Notes under the pieces: generated by a model
The model's database searches: none
What the model was told of the DNA's origin: nothing
The model's input: the letters and a program-made list of their open reading frames with translations, nothing else
Source: Felis catus
Taxonomy: Eukaryota
Direction: 5' to 3'
Assembly: GCF_018350175.1 (NCBI RefSeq)
Contig: NC_058377.1
Span: forward strand, 69,316,001-69,380,000
Length of the DNA stretch: 64,000 nt
Translations under genes and position numbers: made by a program
Shown: positions 35,211-46,510 of the stretch, one piece after another
Layout of the letters: every line of letters starts with the position of its first letter
Numbering within the stretch: position 1 is the stretch's first letter

Positions 35211-35828
35211 TGCCGTGTCCCTGAGGAGGCCCCCCTCCGCACCCCTCACCCCAGCATCTCTGCCCCAGCTCAGGCTGGTGAGGAATGCGCTCCCTCAGTG
35301 GAGAGCGGCAGGTCCCCGATTTCCCCCGATGCATTTGAGAGAGCAGCCACGCATTTCCGTCAACACAATTTGCCAGATTATTTTCTGTGGTTAATCGTTA
35401 AGAGGAACCAATTCAGGCAGTAAGGTCCAGTCACACTTCTGCACGGCTCAGGATAATTAAGGGCGGAAGTTCCTGTGTGGGGTGTTCCACGGCCGCCACG
35501 AACCGTGACTGACAGACTGGACGGGTAGGAATGCCAGACAAAATACCAGCTCCCACAGGGCTCTGTGAGCTGGGAAAGTGGCCAGTGCCTGCCCCTTGGC
35601 CCTCAGTTTTCTCACGAGCGAGGGAGCTATGTCTCACTTCTCACAGGTATAAGGAAGATGACTCAAAACCCATAGAATCGAATGACTCGCCACCCTTGAG
35701 ATCCAACACGAGGACATTGAGCAAAGGGCTCTGTCCCCACTGTGAGAACTTCGTAGAAGTTCTGTGTTACCTTCTTAGAAGCTCCCCTACAAGAGGAAAA
35801 AAGATCCAGGGTGAAGCACATTCACATT

Positions 35829-36028
35829 CTTTTTTTTCTTTTTATGTTTATTTTTGAGAGAGAGAGAGAGAGGGGGAGAGAGAGCAAGCACGAGTGGGGG
35901 AGGGGCAGAGAGAGAGGGAGACACAGAATCCAAAGCAGGCTCCAGGCTCTGAGCTGGCAGCACAGAGCCCAACACTGGGCTTGAACTCACAAACCGTGAG
36001 ATCAGGACCCGAGCCACCCAGGTGCCCC
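35829..36028 (-). mobile_element. CanSINE with an internal deletion in the head
   Basis: Segment between two gagcc motifs is missing; TSD tgaagc(a/c)cattc. Confidence 0.9.
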
Positions 36029-36275
36029 AGCATGAAGCCCATTCTTTAAACCAGGTACTCGACTGGACTCCTCCTCAAACGGTAGCACTCTTAATCTTCA
36101 CCGTCCTTGGAGATAAAGCACCTGAATAACTTCCTTCAGATTACAGGGAACGGAGATGCCCTCGTTCCCGGGGCTGAATCCACAGCAAGGAGACACGGGC
36201 AGGTGAAGAAAAGGTCTAAAGGAGAAACAGGACTCAGTGATCCAACCTGAGGCCTCTCACTTTTTAAAATCGTAC

Positions 36276-36490
36276 GGGGGCGCCTGGGTGGCGCAGTCGG
36301 TTAAGCCTCCGACTTCAGCTCAGGTCACGATCTCATGGTCCGTGAGTTCGAGCCCCGCGTCGGGCTCTGGGCTGATGGCTCAGAGCCTGGAGCCTGCTTC
36401 CGATTCTGTGTCTCCCTCTCTCTCTGCCCCTCCCCCGTTCATGCTCTGTCTCTCTCTGTCTCAAAAATAAATAAACGTTAAAAAAAAAAA
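36276..36490 (+). mobile_element. CanSINE (young, intermediate diagnostic state)
   Basis: TSD aaatcgtac; has ctgggctgatggctc but keeps cagctcagg. Confidence 0.95.
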
Positions 36491-36559
36491 TTTAAATCGT
36501 ACACTGTAACTGCATAATCAGGCAATACGTGACTGAATTCCTCTTGTAAAATCATTAGA

Positions 36560-37835
36560 GGAAGCTAAGTTCCTCTCTGATCCTCTCCCTCGGCAAACAT
36601 CTTCTTCCTCCAGGAGAGATTCACTGCTTTCAGTCTGGTACCTTTGATACCTGGCTCTGTGCATGCACGCACAGCTATCAGTACCCCTGGAAAACACACA
36701 ACGTGGTTTTATGTACATGCATAGGGGTATGTGTTTCGTGTGTATATTTTTTTAAATATCAATGGGATCCCAGCACATACATCCCTCCAAAACTTCCCTT
36801 TTGCACAGAACAATACATCCTAGAGATCTGTTATTGCCTGTGCAGATTAAACCTACTGGCTCTAGCTAACAGCTCGCCTTCCAAATTATGGTTGTCCCCC
36901 AGTGCACTCAGCCAGTGCCTTACTGGTGGACACTGGAATTGTATCCAGGGGCTTGCTGAAACAAAAATGGTCAGTTCACACCCCTGTTCATGCCTCCTGA
37001 GCATATGTGTGTTTCTCTAAGGTAGATACTAGAAGGTTGAACTGCTGGGACACGGGGTATGCATAGTTTTATTTTTAAGAGATAGTACCACATTGTCTCT
37101 AAAATAGGTGTATTGATTTACACAAGTGGCGAATGAGAGGATGTATCTCATCTTTGCCAACAGTGTTATTACCGATTTAAAACATTTTGCCCATCTGCTG
37201 ACAGGAAAAGGGCATCTTGTTCTACTTAAATTTACATTTTCCTGATTTCTGGTTGGGCATTATTTCATGTTTGTTGCCATTTATTCTTCCTTAATCTACC
37301 TGTTACCCACTTACACGACGTGTGATGATTTTGCATGATCTTTTTTTAAAGTAAAGTTTGCGAGTTCTTTTTACATCCTAAATCCTAAGCTTTGGGTACC
37401 TACAAGGTACATGTTTTCTCCTGAGTTATTATTTAACTTTTCAACATCATTGATGATATCCTTCTGTACTGTTTTCGTCAGAAGTTTCAAATTTTGATAC
37501 GGTCGTATTGACTGGCCTTTTCTGCATTTTGCTTTTTTTTTAAATTTTTTTTTAACGTTTATTTTATTTTTGAGACAGAGAGAGACAGAGCATGAACGGG
37601 GGAGGGGCAGAGAGAGAGGGAGACACAGAATCCGAAACAGGTTCCAGGCTCTGAGCGGTCAGCACAGAGCCCGACGCGGGGCTCGAACTCACGGACCGCG
37701 AGATCATGACCTGAGCTGAAGTCAGAGGCTTAACCGACTGAGCCACCCGGGCGCCCCGCGTTTTGCTTCTTTAAATGTCCTGTTTGTGAATGCCTCCCCT
37801 CGGTTATAAGTATATTTTTGTATATTTTCTCCCAT
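36560..37835 (-). mobile_element. Old L1ME fragments
   Basis: ggtggacactggaattgt...ggtagatactagaag...aactgctggg...tttgcccatctg. Confidence 0.6.
37535..37757 (-). mobile_element. CanSINE
   Basis: TSD gc(a/g)ttttgctt. Confidence 0.95.
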
Positions 37836-38218
37836 TATGAAGCCTGTGTATTTTTCTGGCTCAGAGCACTGCCTGAATCTATGTGTCTTACATCAGAGCT
37901 GGTGGATGAGCAGGGATGCTGAAATCCCGTCCGGGAAGCAACAATGTATGTTTTCAATGGGACCCAGCTGCGGGCGGGGCTCAAGAGCCGGCTTCTTAGG
38001 CTGCCGAAGGGGACTGGCTTACGTTGCAGCACAAGGCTTTTCTGAGGGACATCATAAAACAAAAAGAAACCTTCCAACTACAAATCCAGAAAAGATATGC
38101 AGTGGCTTTCTCTGGAGGTGGCCACGACCCAAGACAGATATGCACTTGTTCAGGACTCTTAGGGTAGCTCCACTCGAAGAGGCTCAATCTGCTCCAAGTT
38201 TCTAGGCCTTCCCATAGA

Positions 38219-38413
38219 CAGCATTGCCTAATGGAAATACAATGTGCGCTACATAGGTATTTATAAATTTCTGGTAGCTACATTAAAGAATACATAAAAA
38301 GAGGGACACCTGGGTGGCTCGGTTGGTTAAGCGTTTGACTCTTGGTTTCAGCTCAGGACATGATCTCATGGTTCATGGGATCGAGCCCCATGTTGGGGTA
38401 GAGCCTACTTGGG

Positions 38414-38466
<53 letters not shown>

Positions 38467-38757
38467 GCCTCTCCCCCCTCAAAATAAATAAATAAAAATT
38501 TTTTAAAAGAATAAGTAAAAAGAAACAAGTAAAATAATTTCAAGGATTTAATCTGATATTTCTAAAACAGTGTCATTTTAATATGTAGTCTCTATAGCAT
38601 ATTGTTCGTGAGGTATTAAACATTTTTTGTGTGTGTGCTGAGTCTTTGACATCTAGTGTGTAGTTTATACTCACAGCACATCTCAGTTCAGATGACCACA
38701 TTTCAAGGGCTCCAGAGCCACCTATGTCCATTGGCTACTTGTGTTGGAAAGCACAGC
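38219..38757. mobile_element. MER33-like hAT-Charlie MITE, interrupted by a SINE
   Basis: aatggaaatacaatgtgcgctacata...ttctggtagctacattaaa...tactcacagcacatctcagttc...cacatttcaagggctc...ttggaaagcacag. Confidence 0.8.
38303..38508 (+). mobile_element. CanSINE with an expanded (CT)n tract
   Basis: Head, long CT run, tail. Confidence 0.92.
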
Positions 38758-39240
38758 CCTGAGGATTAAAACCGGAATGTCCCTGGTGTGCTGGGAGGCA
38801 TCTACTCAATGTGTAGGGAGGTGCTTAGGTGACCACAGTCTGAATCTTAAGTCCATTCTTCACCTTCCCCTGCAGCCCAGTCTTCTTCCTAACAAAAGGG
38901 CATCATGACGTCCATTGTTCTCAGCTAGTTATATGGGTTAATCATCCTAAAGCCCAGTTTTGCTTGGATTATTTCCTGGAGAGGATGTTGTTGACTTTTA
39001 GGAGGAGGTGATCATTCAGCTGAAACCTGGAGGGTGGGTAGGAATTAGGGGGTCAGAGAGGACGGAATGAACAAGGGGGCAGCTGGAATGGACAGGCTGG
39101 GGGTAAAGCAGACATCAGATCCCAAGGGGTGTGTAGACTCTACTGAAGTTAATGAGGGTCATCAAACATTTGTCAGTAGTGGGTATGAGAGAAAAGCAAG
39201 ACCAGAGACAAGGAAACTCATGAAGAGTGCAGGATCCAGA

Positions 39241-39951
39241 NNNNNNNNNNNNNNNNNNNNNNNNNNNNNNNNNNNNNNNNNNNNNNNNNNNNNNNNNNNN
39301 NNNNNNNNNNNNNNNNNNNNNNNNNNNNNNNNNNNNNNNNNNNNNNNNNNNNNNNNNNNNNNNNNNNNNNNNNNNNNNNNNNNNNNNNNNNNNNNNNNNN
39401 NNNNNNNNNNNNNNNNNNNNNNNNNNNNNNNNNNNNNNNNNNNNNNNNNNNNNNNNNNNNNNNNNNNNNNNNNNNNNNNNNNNNNNNNNNNNNNNNNNNN
39501 NNNNNNNNNNNNNNNNNNNNNNNNNNNNNNNNNNNNNNNNNNNNNNNNNNNNNNNNNNNNNNNNNNNNNNNNNNNNNNNNNNNNNNNNNNNNNNNNNNNN
39601 NNNNNNNNNNNNNNNNNNNNNNNNNNNNNNNNNNNNNNNNNNNNNNNNNNNNNNNNNNNNNNNNNNNNNNNNNNNNNNNNNNNNNNNNNNNNNNNNNNNN
39701 NNNNNNNNNNNNNNNNNNNNNNNNNNNNNNNNNNNNNNNNNNNNNNNNNNNNNNNNNNNNNNNNNNNNNNNNNNNNNNNNNNNNNNNNNNNNNNNNNNNN
39801 NNNNNNNNNNNNNNNNNNNNNNNNNNNNNNNNNNNNNNNNNNNNNNNNNNNNNNNNNNNNNNNNNNNNNNNNNNNNNNNNNNNNNNNNNNNNNNNNNNNN
39901 NNNNNNNNNNNNNNNNNNNNNNNNNNNNNNNNNNNNNNNNNNNNNNNNNNN
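39241..39951. other. Assembly gap (711 N)
   Basis: Run of N. Confidence 1.
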
Positions 39952-40310
39952 AGACAAGACCCATGCCCTCACAGAACTTCAATATACCGTGGGAAAGGAG
40001 ATAACTAGAGAGTGATGGAGTGTGACACTCAGGTTCCTGATCTCACTTGGTGAATGGTGGGGCCATTGTCTGAGACAGGGGTTCAGGAGCCAGAGCAGGT
40101 TCAGGAAAAAAGATGATGGGTTCAGCTTATCTTTTTTGACACATGTTTGGGGTGTTTGGGGGACCCCTAAGTGGAGCTGTGCCACTAGCAGCTGCATGTA
40201 CCTATTTGGAGATCAGGAGATCCGGAAGGGACACATAGATTTGGGAGCCATGACAGATCAAGGGTATTAAATCCCTGGCAGTGAATGAAAAAATCCTGGG
40301 AGGATGTGTA
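39952..40310 (-). mobile_element. L2 fragments
   Basis: gatgatgggttcagctt...gacacatagatttgggagcca. Confidence 0.6.
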
Positions 40311-40314
40311 GCAG

Positions 40315-40478
40315 CAGGAGTCACAGACTCAAAGGTGCACGGCGGTCAGGTGAGTTGCGAGTGTGTGTGAATTGGGTCATATGTGAGACATAGAAAGTGG
40401 TGGGAACATGGCTACCTGGAAAGGATGTCCTCCACCTAAGACATCCTGTGGGCCACATATAGACCCATTTGCAACCTA
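40315..40478 (+). mobile_element. MER102-like hAT-Charlie fragment
   Basis: gtcacagactcaaa...gagacatagaaagtggtgggaac...tttgcaacct. Confidence 0.6.
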
Positions 40479-40527
40479 TAGACTTTCAGAACTCTCTCTG
40501 CCCTATCTCCCGTTTCTTATAAAGATT

Positions 40528-40939
40528 CTCGCGGCACGTAGCTAGCTGTTCACAAAAATCCACTTCCGGTTCTTTGGGGTCACTGCATTTCCCGGCCTCC
40601 CTCGCCATTACAAGTGGCCGTGTAACTGGGTTCCAGCCAGTGGGACGTGAGGGGAAGTTGTGTGCTCCGCTTCCCGGCCATGGCCTTGAAGAAGGTAGGC
40701 CCCCTCCTCCTCTTTTCTTCCTCTGGCCAGATGTAGATGATGAAGTCTATGGGCTTTTGGATCCATTAAGTGGAAGGAACCAGGCTCCCTATATTATTGT
40801 CTAGAATAATACCACCTACCAATCAGGACACCTGCTTTTGACTGTGACGTCGGTGATAAATAAACCTTTGTCATGTTTGAGCCATTGTACATGTTTGGCT
40901 CCGTTTGTCACTACAGCCTAGCGTAATCTACCAAATACA
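40528..40939 (+). mobile_element. MLT1I/J-type MaLR LTR
   Basis: actgcatttcccggcctccct...gtgtaactgggttcc...aataaacctttgtcatgtttgagccattg...aataca. Confidence 0.75.
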
Positions 40940-40964
40940 TTTCTAATCGAACAAATACCAGAGT

Positions 40965-42435
40965 AGCCCTGTCTGTGAGCTCTCTAAGGGCAGGGACCAT
41001 GCCTGTCTAGTCCACTGCTGCGTCCTCAACACCAAGTCCACGGTAGAGCATGGAGTAGATACTCAATAAAACTTGTGGATAAAGCTAGGTATGTTTCATC
41101 GAGCATTTGCTAGATGAAATGTTAACTCTTTTATTGTTGTACACCGTTTCATTTTGTGTTCCTGGGAACTCTATAAGAAAGGTTCTATTATTGTCTCTGT
41201 TTTCCACACAAAGAAAACTTGGAAAAGTTATAGCTGGGTGAAAGGCGAAAGGTTCATCTAAGCAGGATGATTCCAGAACCCACACTCTAAAACACTGGTA
41301 TACAACCAACCATATGCATACCTACGTTAATCATTTAACTCACATGATCTCTCCCTCCAAGGATACCCTCAACCCCTTCCCTCTGCTCATTAAGGTCCCA
41401 CCTTCTTTATCCTTCCCAGAACCCCTTGATTACCCTTTAATTACTCCAGCAGGAATTTCATATATATCATTCCTGTAACAGGGATCCCACATATCTGTCT
41501 GCCTCTAGAGAGAAATTATACTAACCTTAAGGGTAGCAGAATATCTTAGACATCATTTATTTTAGTGTTCCTTATAGCATCGAGGAAGATAGAGGCACCA
41601 CTATGTGCCAGGCACTCTCTAGGCACTGGGGACCAAAATATAAACAAGACAGTCCATCCAGTCTCACAGAAAGCTCTCAAGTCTTGTGGCATAAACAGAT
41701 ATTTTAAAAAATGTAACTTCTGCATATTAAGAGAGGCAGAAGAAGAGCAAGGAACCCATTCTTTTTGGAGGAGAAAAGAAAGGATTCCTAGAGTGTATGA
41801 TCTTTGAGCTCAGCTTCTGGAGGATAAGTAGGCATTTTCCAGTTGTTTAAGAGGGATCCTCATAAGCAGGGAAAGCATGTACCAAAGCATGGATGCATCA
41901 AGACATCCGTGCTGTTCTGGATGAGTGAGGTGTTGACTTGCTAGAATGTAGGATCCACTCATTCATTTGCTCATCCATTTATCTGACAGATACTTGAGTG
42001 AACTTAGAAGGTGCCACGCATTGTACTTTAAATGCAGAGGATTCAAAAGTGAGCAAGAACAGGTAGGATCGCTACCCTCGTGGAGCTTAAAATCCAGTAG
42101 GGATTACGGCTGAGAACAAAGCCGTAACGATCACGTGTCCGGCGGGAAGGAGGAAGGGATAGCCAAACATGTGAGGACTCGGGGGGAATGGGCTGAGCCA
42201 GACTATCAGAGACCTCCAATACCATGCTAGGGAGATGGAAATAGCCCTACCTCTCTGATAGTTCTCAATTTTGTCCAGCCCCCTCACTGCCCCTGCCTAC
42301 ACTCAGTGCAGGCCACCGTCTCCTCCATGAAGGTATATGACAATCCTCTAAAGAGCCTTTTTGCCTCTCATCCTCCCCCGCCCACCGTCACCCCCAACGC
42401 AGAGTGATTTTTTCAAATGAGAAGATCATGTTACG
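40965..42435. mobile_element. Patchwork of L2 and MIR fragments
   Basis: gggcagggaccatgcctgt...tactcaataaa (L2 3' end); MIR at ~41090-41300; ctatgtgccaggcact (L2). Confidence 0.6.
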
Positions 42436-42438
42436 TTC

Positions 42439-43064
42439 TGTGGTAGGCAGAAGTCTAAGAGGGCCCTACGATCTCCATCACTCTGGTGTTTCTCTGGTGA
42501 TTATGCTAGGTTACACAGCAAAAGCAACTCCGCAGATATAGTTAAGGCTACTAATCAGTCAACCTTAAACACAGGGAAATGATCCAGGTGAATCTGCCTG
42601 ATGAAGTGAGCTCTCTAAAAGTAGAGAGTTTTCTCCAGCAAGTAGAAGGGCAAGTCACAGAGACTCAAATTCAAGGAGGTTTCCCAAGGATTCAACATGC
42701 TGCCGCTGGCCTGAAGATGAAGAGGGTCACGTGGAAAGGACCTAAGGAGGGCTTGCAGGAGTGGACAGTGAGCTCCAACCGACAGCCAGCAAGGAAACAG
42801 GGACCTCCCTCCCCCAACCGCAAGGAACTGGATTCTACCGACAACGTGAGTGAGCGAGCTTGGAAATGGGTTCTTTCCCAGAGCCTCCAGATGAGAGCTC
42901 AACCCAGCCAACGCTTTGCCAGTAGGCTCGGGAGACTATGCGCAGGGAAGCCAGCCATCCGATACCGGGTTTTTGACTTCCAGAACTACACACTAATAAC
43001 TGCGTGTTATTTTAAGCCACTAAATTTATGGCGATTTGTTCCACAGCAATAGAAAACTAATACA
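42439..43064 (+). mobile_element. MLT1E-type MaLR solo LTR, full length
   Basis: TG...CA ends: tgtggtaggcagaa...gacagccagcaaggaaacaggg...ttttaagccactaaatttatggcgatttgttccacagcaatagaaaactaataca. Confidence 0.88.
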
Positions 43065-43129
43065 CCCCCTGGCTTCTAACCCTCCAATAAAACACCCACC
43101 GTGGACTTGCCACGTCTCGGCATCGAAAC

Positions 43130-43300
43130 CTTATCACAGTCCTATTAGGTGGGTATGTTATTATCATGATTTTACCGATGAAGAAACTGAGGCTTAGAGA
43201 GTTGAAATACTTTTCCTAAGCTTACTGAGCTACTAAGTGTCAGGGTTGAGATTTTTTTGCTCAGCCAGTCTGAACTCATAATCCATACCCTGTGGCTTCT
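43130..43300 (-). mobile_element. MIR
   Basis: attttaccgatgaagaaactgaggcttagagag core. Confidence 0.8.
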
Positions 43301-43365
43301 CATTACCCTTATGGTAGGTTCACCTCCCTTCCTGATGGACTCCTGTTCACTCATCCAACCTCATT

Positions 43366-43557
43366 ATTTTTTTAATGTTATTTATTTTTGAGAGAGAGAG
43401 AGTGAGGGGGGGGGGGCAGAGGGAGGGAGGGGACATAGGATCCTAAGCAGGGCTCTCTGCTGACAGCAGAGAGACTGATGGGAGGCCCAAACTCACGAAC
43501 CCATGAGCGAATGACCTGAGCCAAAGTCGGCTGCTTAACCGAGCCCCTAGGTACCCC
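43366..43557 (-). mobile_element. CanSINE
   Basis: TSD tcatccaacctcatt (43351-43365 / 43558-43572). Confidence 0.92.
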
Positions 43558-43665
43558 TCATCCAACCTCATTCTTTGACACTACTCTCACTTCGGATCCT
43601 TGTAGCCGGAGTAACAGCCACACCACCACACTCTCTATTCCTTGACTTTGCACATATGGCTCCTT

Positions 43666-44048
43666 TTTTTTTTTTTCAATATATGAAATTTATTGTCAGA
43701 TTGGTTTCCATACAACACCCAGTGCTCATCCCAAAAGGTGCCCTCCTCAATACCCATCACCCACCTTCCCCTCCCTCCCACCCCCCATCAACCCTCAGTT
43801 TGTTCTCAGTTTTTAAGAGTCTCTTATGCTTTGGCTCTCTCCCACTCTAACCTCTTTTTTTTTTTCCTTCCCCTCCCCCATGGGTTTCTGTTAAGTTTCT
43901 CAGGATCCACCTAAGAGTGAAAACATATGGTATCTGTCTTTCTGTGTATGGCTTATTTCACTTAGCATCACACTCTCCAGTTCCATCCACGTTGCTACAA
44001 AGGGCCAGATTTCGTTCTTTCTCATTGCCACGTAGTACTCCATTGTGT
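43666..44048 (-). mobile_element. Young felid L1 (L1_Fc-like) 3' end, 5'-truncated
   Basis: Poly-T then caatatatgaaatttattgtc...tttccatacaacacccagtgctcatccc...accctcagtttgttctcagtttttaagagtctcttatg; perfect 14-bp TSD acatatggctcctt (43652-43665 / 44049-44062). Confidence 0.9.
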
Positions 44049-44062
44049 ACATATGGCTCCTT

Positions 44063-44405
44063 CTGCCTGGGATGCCACCTGCCTCCTCCCTCGGCTTTTT
44101 CTTTGGCTGACCTAAATGGTGCTTTTGGCCTTGCTTAAGATGCTATCTCCCCGGGGGGAGGGGGGGGACGTCTTCCTTGGCTCTCCCAGGCTGGGTAGAT
44201 ACTATCCCAGCCTTCCCCTAGCACCTCATACCTCCCTTATCAGAGCACAGAAGCCGCTGTGTTCGACACTCCACTCAGCGGGGCTCTTCACTAGATTGTG
44301 AGCTCCTTGCTGGCCAAGACTGTGCTTTGTTCATCACCGAAGTCCTAGCACAGTATCTGGAGCCAGTGGGTACTCAATAAATATTTACCAAGTGAATGAA
44401 TAAAA
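44063..44405 (+). mobile_element. L2a 3' end (host of the L1 insertion)
   Basis: cactagattgtgagctcctt...tcctagcacag...tactcaataaatattt...gaatgaa. Confidence 0.75.
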
Positions 44406-45179
44406 GTACTTTATTCAGGAGGCAATGGCAGTCATCCAAGGTCTTGACGCAAGGGAGTGACCTTATCAGACCCGTGCTTACAAGGACAAGCTGAGGCCAA
44501 GTCTTGCACGCAAAGGACCACCCTCATCAACATCTGAGGATGAAGAAGTTCATTCACATTGTGGTCTTGGACTTCTTGAGCTGGGAAACTTGGCTCTTCT
44601 GTCTTCCTGACTACATCTGGATACTGGATACGCCAGAAACGGTCACGGTCATGGCTAGTGTTCTCCTACGGAGGTGGAACGTGGAAAAAAGCTCGCGACT
44701 GGGGTCGAGGGTCTCGAAATCCCACTAGAATTAGGCGCCGCCTGCCAATACGGCTGTGAGAAGCCACCGCAATATGGGGAGCCACGACCCTGTCCATGCG
44801 GGGAACCTGGAGCCAGCCTCCGGAGAGCCCACCTCGCATACCTCTCCTTAAATATGCAAATATTGCTTCCTGACGAGTAGGGCTGGAAGGCCTTCCGCAT
44901 TAAAGGCAGCGCTTACTGCTCCCAGCTGGAGGTCAAGTGATGCGGTCAGAAGAGTCTCCAGTTGAGACGCTGCGCGTCTCGGTTTCCTCGTCTGCGCAAA
45001 GGGCACTCCCCAGACGACGCGGCCTTGAAGGACCAAGGGGCGCCGGGAAAGGTGAGAAAGTCAAGATGCGTACAGGTAGCTCTACACGCAAGGAGAGGAG
45101 CCAGTGGGCCGAGGGAGAGGCAGCGGAACAGAGCGGCGAGTCCGCGAAAGGGGCCGGGATTCCCGTGGCGGGCAGCGCG

Positions 45180-45310
45180 AGAGGGGGGCGGACTCGGCTC
45201 CCGGGCGCGGCGAGGCAGCGAGGGGCGGGTCCGGGCGCCGCGCCTCCCGCGCTCCGGCCGCGGATCTGGGCGCTGGGGGCGGGCGGGGGAGGAGCCACGT
45301 GGGGAGGAGC
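45180..45310 (+). promoter_or_regulatory. Probable RASSF10 proximal promoter: GC boxes and E-box, no TATA
   Basis: GGGCGG/GGGGCGGG at 45186-45191, 45222-45229 and 45276-45289; CACGTG at 45296-45301; no ATG between here and 45591. Confidence 0.6.
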
Positions 45311-45590
45311 AAAACCTGGAGGCCCCGGGAACCTTGGGCAGAGCCAGAGCGGCGGGAGCCCGATCCCGGGCGCACTGCCCAGGGAGAGCGCGCCGTCCGG
45401 GCCGAGCACGGCCTCGGCCATTCCAGCCTGCGTCGGCGCTTGCGTTCGGTGCGCAACCCGGGAGGAGGGCCAGTGCGGACCGGGCGAGGGTCCCAGGCTC
45501 CTAAACTGTCCCAGAGCTGCCGGGCTGCCCGCCGTCGCTGCCGCCCCATTGGGGCCCAGCCCGACCCGCCACCTGCGTCCCGGCTGCACC

Positions 45591-46474
45591 ATGGATCCTT
45601 CGGAGAAGAAGATATCGGTGTGGATCTGCCAGGAAGAGAAGCTGGTGTCTGGTCTCTCCCGCCGCACCACCTGCTCGGACGTGGTTCGGGTGTTGTTGGA
45701 GGACGGCTGCCGGCGGCGACGGAGGCAGCGGCGGGGCCGGCGGCGGGGAACGGCCGGCGACTCTCCAGGCCGGGAGGAGCTTCGGGAACTCCTGGACGAA
45801 GACGAGGAGGACGACGACGAGGCGCTGCCGCAGGGCATGCTGTGCGGGCCCCCGCAGTGCTATTGCATCGTGGAAAAGTGGCGGGGCTTTGAGCGCATCC
45901 TGCCTAACAAGACGCGCATCTTGCGCCTCTGGGCCGCCTGGGGCGACGAGCAGGAGAATGTGCGCTTCGTGCTGGTGCGCAGCGAGGCGTCACTACCCAA
46001 CGCGGGCCCCCGCAGCGCCGAGGCGCGCGTTGTGCTCAGTCGCGAGCGCCCCTGCTCGGTTCGGGGCATCCCCGCGCGGCCCAGCCTGGCCATGACCCAG
46101 GAGAAGCAGCGGCGGGTCGTGCGCAAGGCCTTCCGCAAGCTGGCCAAGCTCAACCGGCGGCGCCAGCAGCAGCCGTCGTCGCCCTGTTCGTCTACGTCGT
46201 CTTCCACCGCCTCGTCCTGCTCGTCGCCGCCGCGGGCCACCGAGAGCGCATCCGTGGAGCGCATGGAGACGCTGGTGCATCTGGTGCTCTCCCAGGACCA
46301 CACCATTCGTCAGCAGGTGCAGCGGCTCCGGGAGCTGGATCGCGAGATCGATCGCTACGAGGCCAAGGTACACCTGGACCGCATGAGGCGACACGGAGTC
46401 AACTACGTGCAGGACACCTACTTGGTGGGCGCAGGCATCGAGGTCGACGGGCCCAGCCCGGTAGAGGAGCCCGA

Positions 46475-46510
<36 letters not shown>

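Noticed and set aside
39067-40015. Long ORFs of 254-313 aa
   Set aside because: Artefacts of the 711-N gap.
44933-45838. 301-aa antisense ORF and other ORFs overlapping RASSF10 (e.g. 45104-45892, 46847-47491, 46816-47421)
   Set aside because: Stop-poor shadows of the GC-rich island; low-complexity peptides with no recognisable domain.
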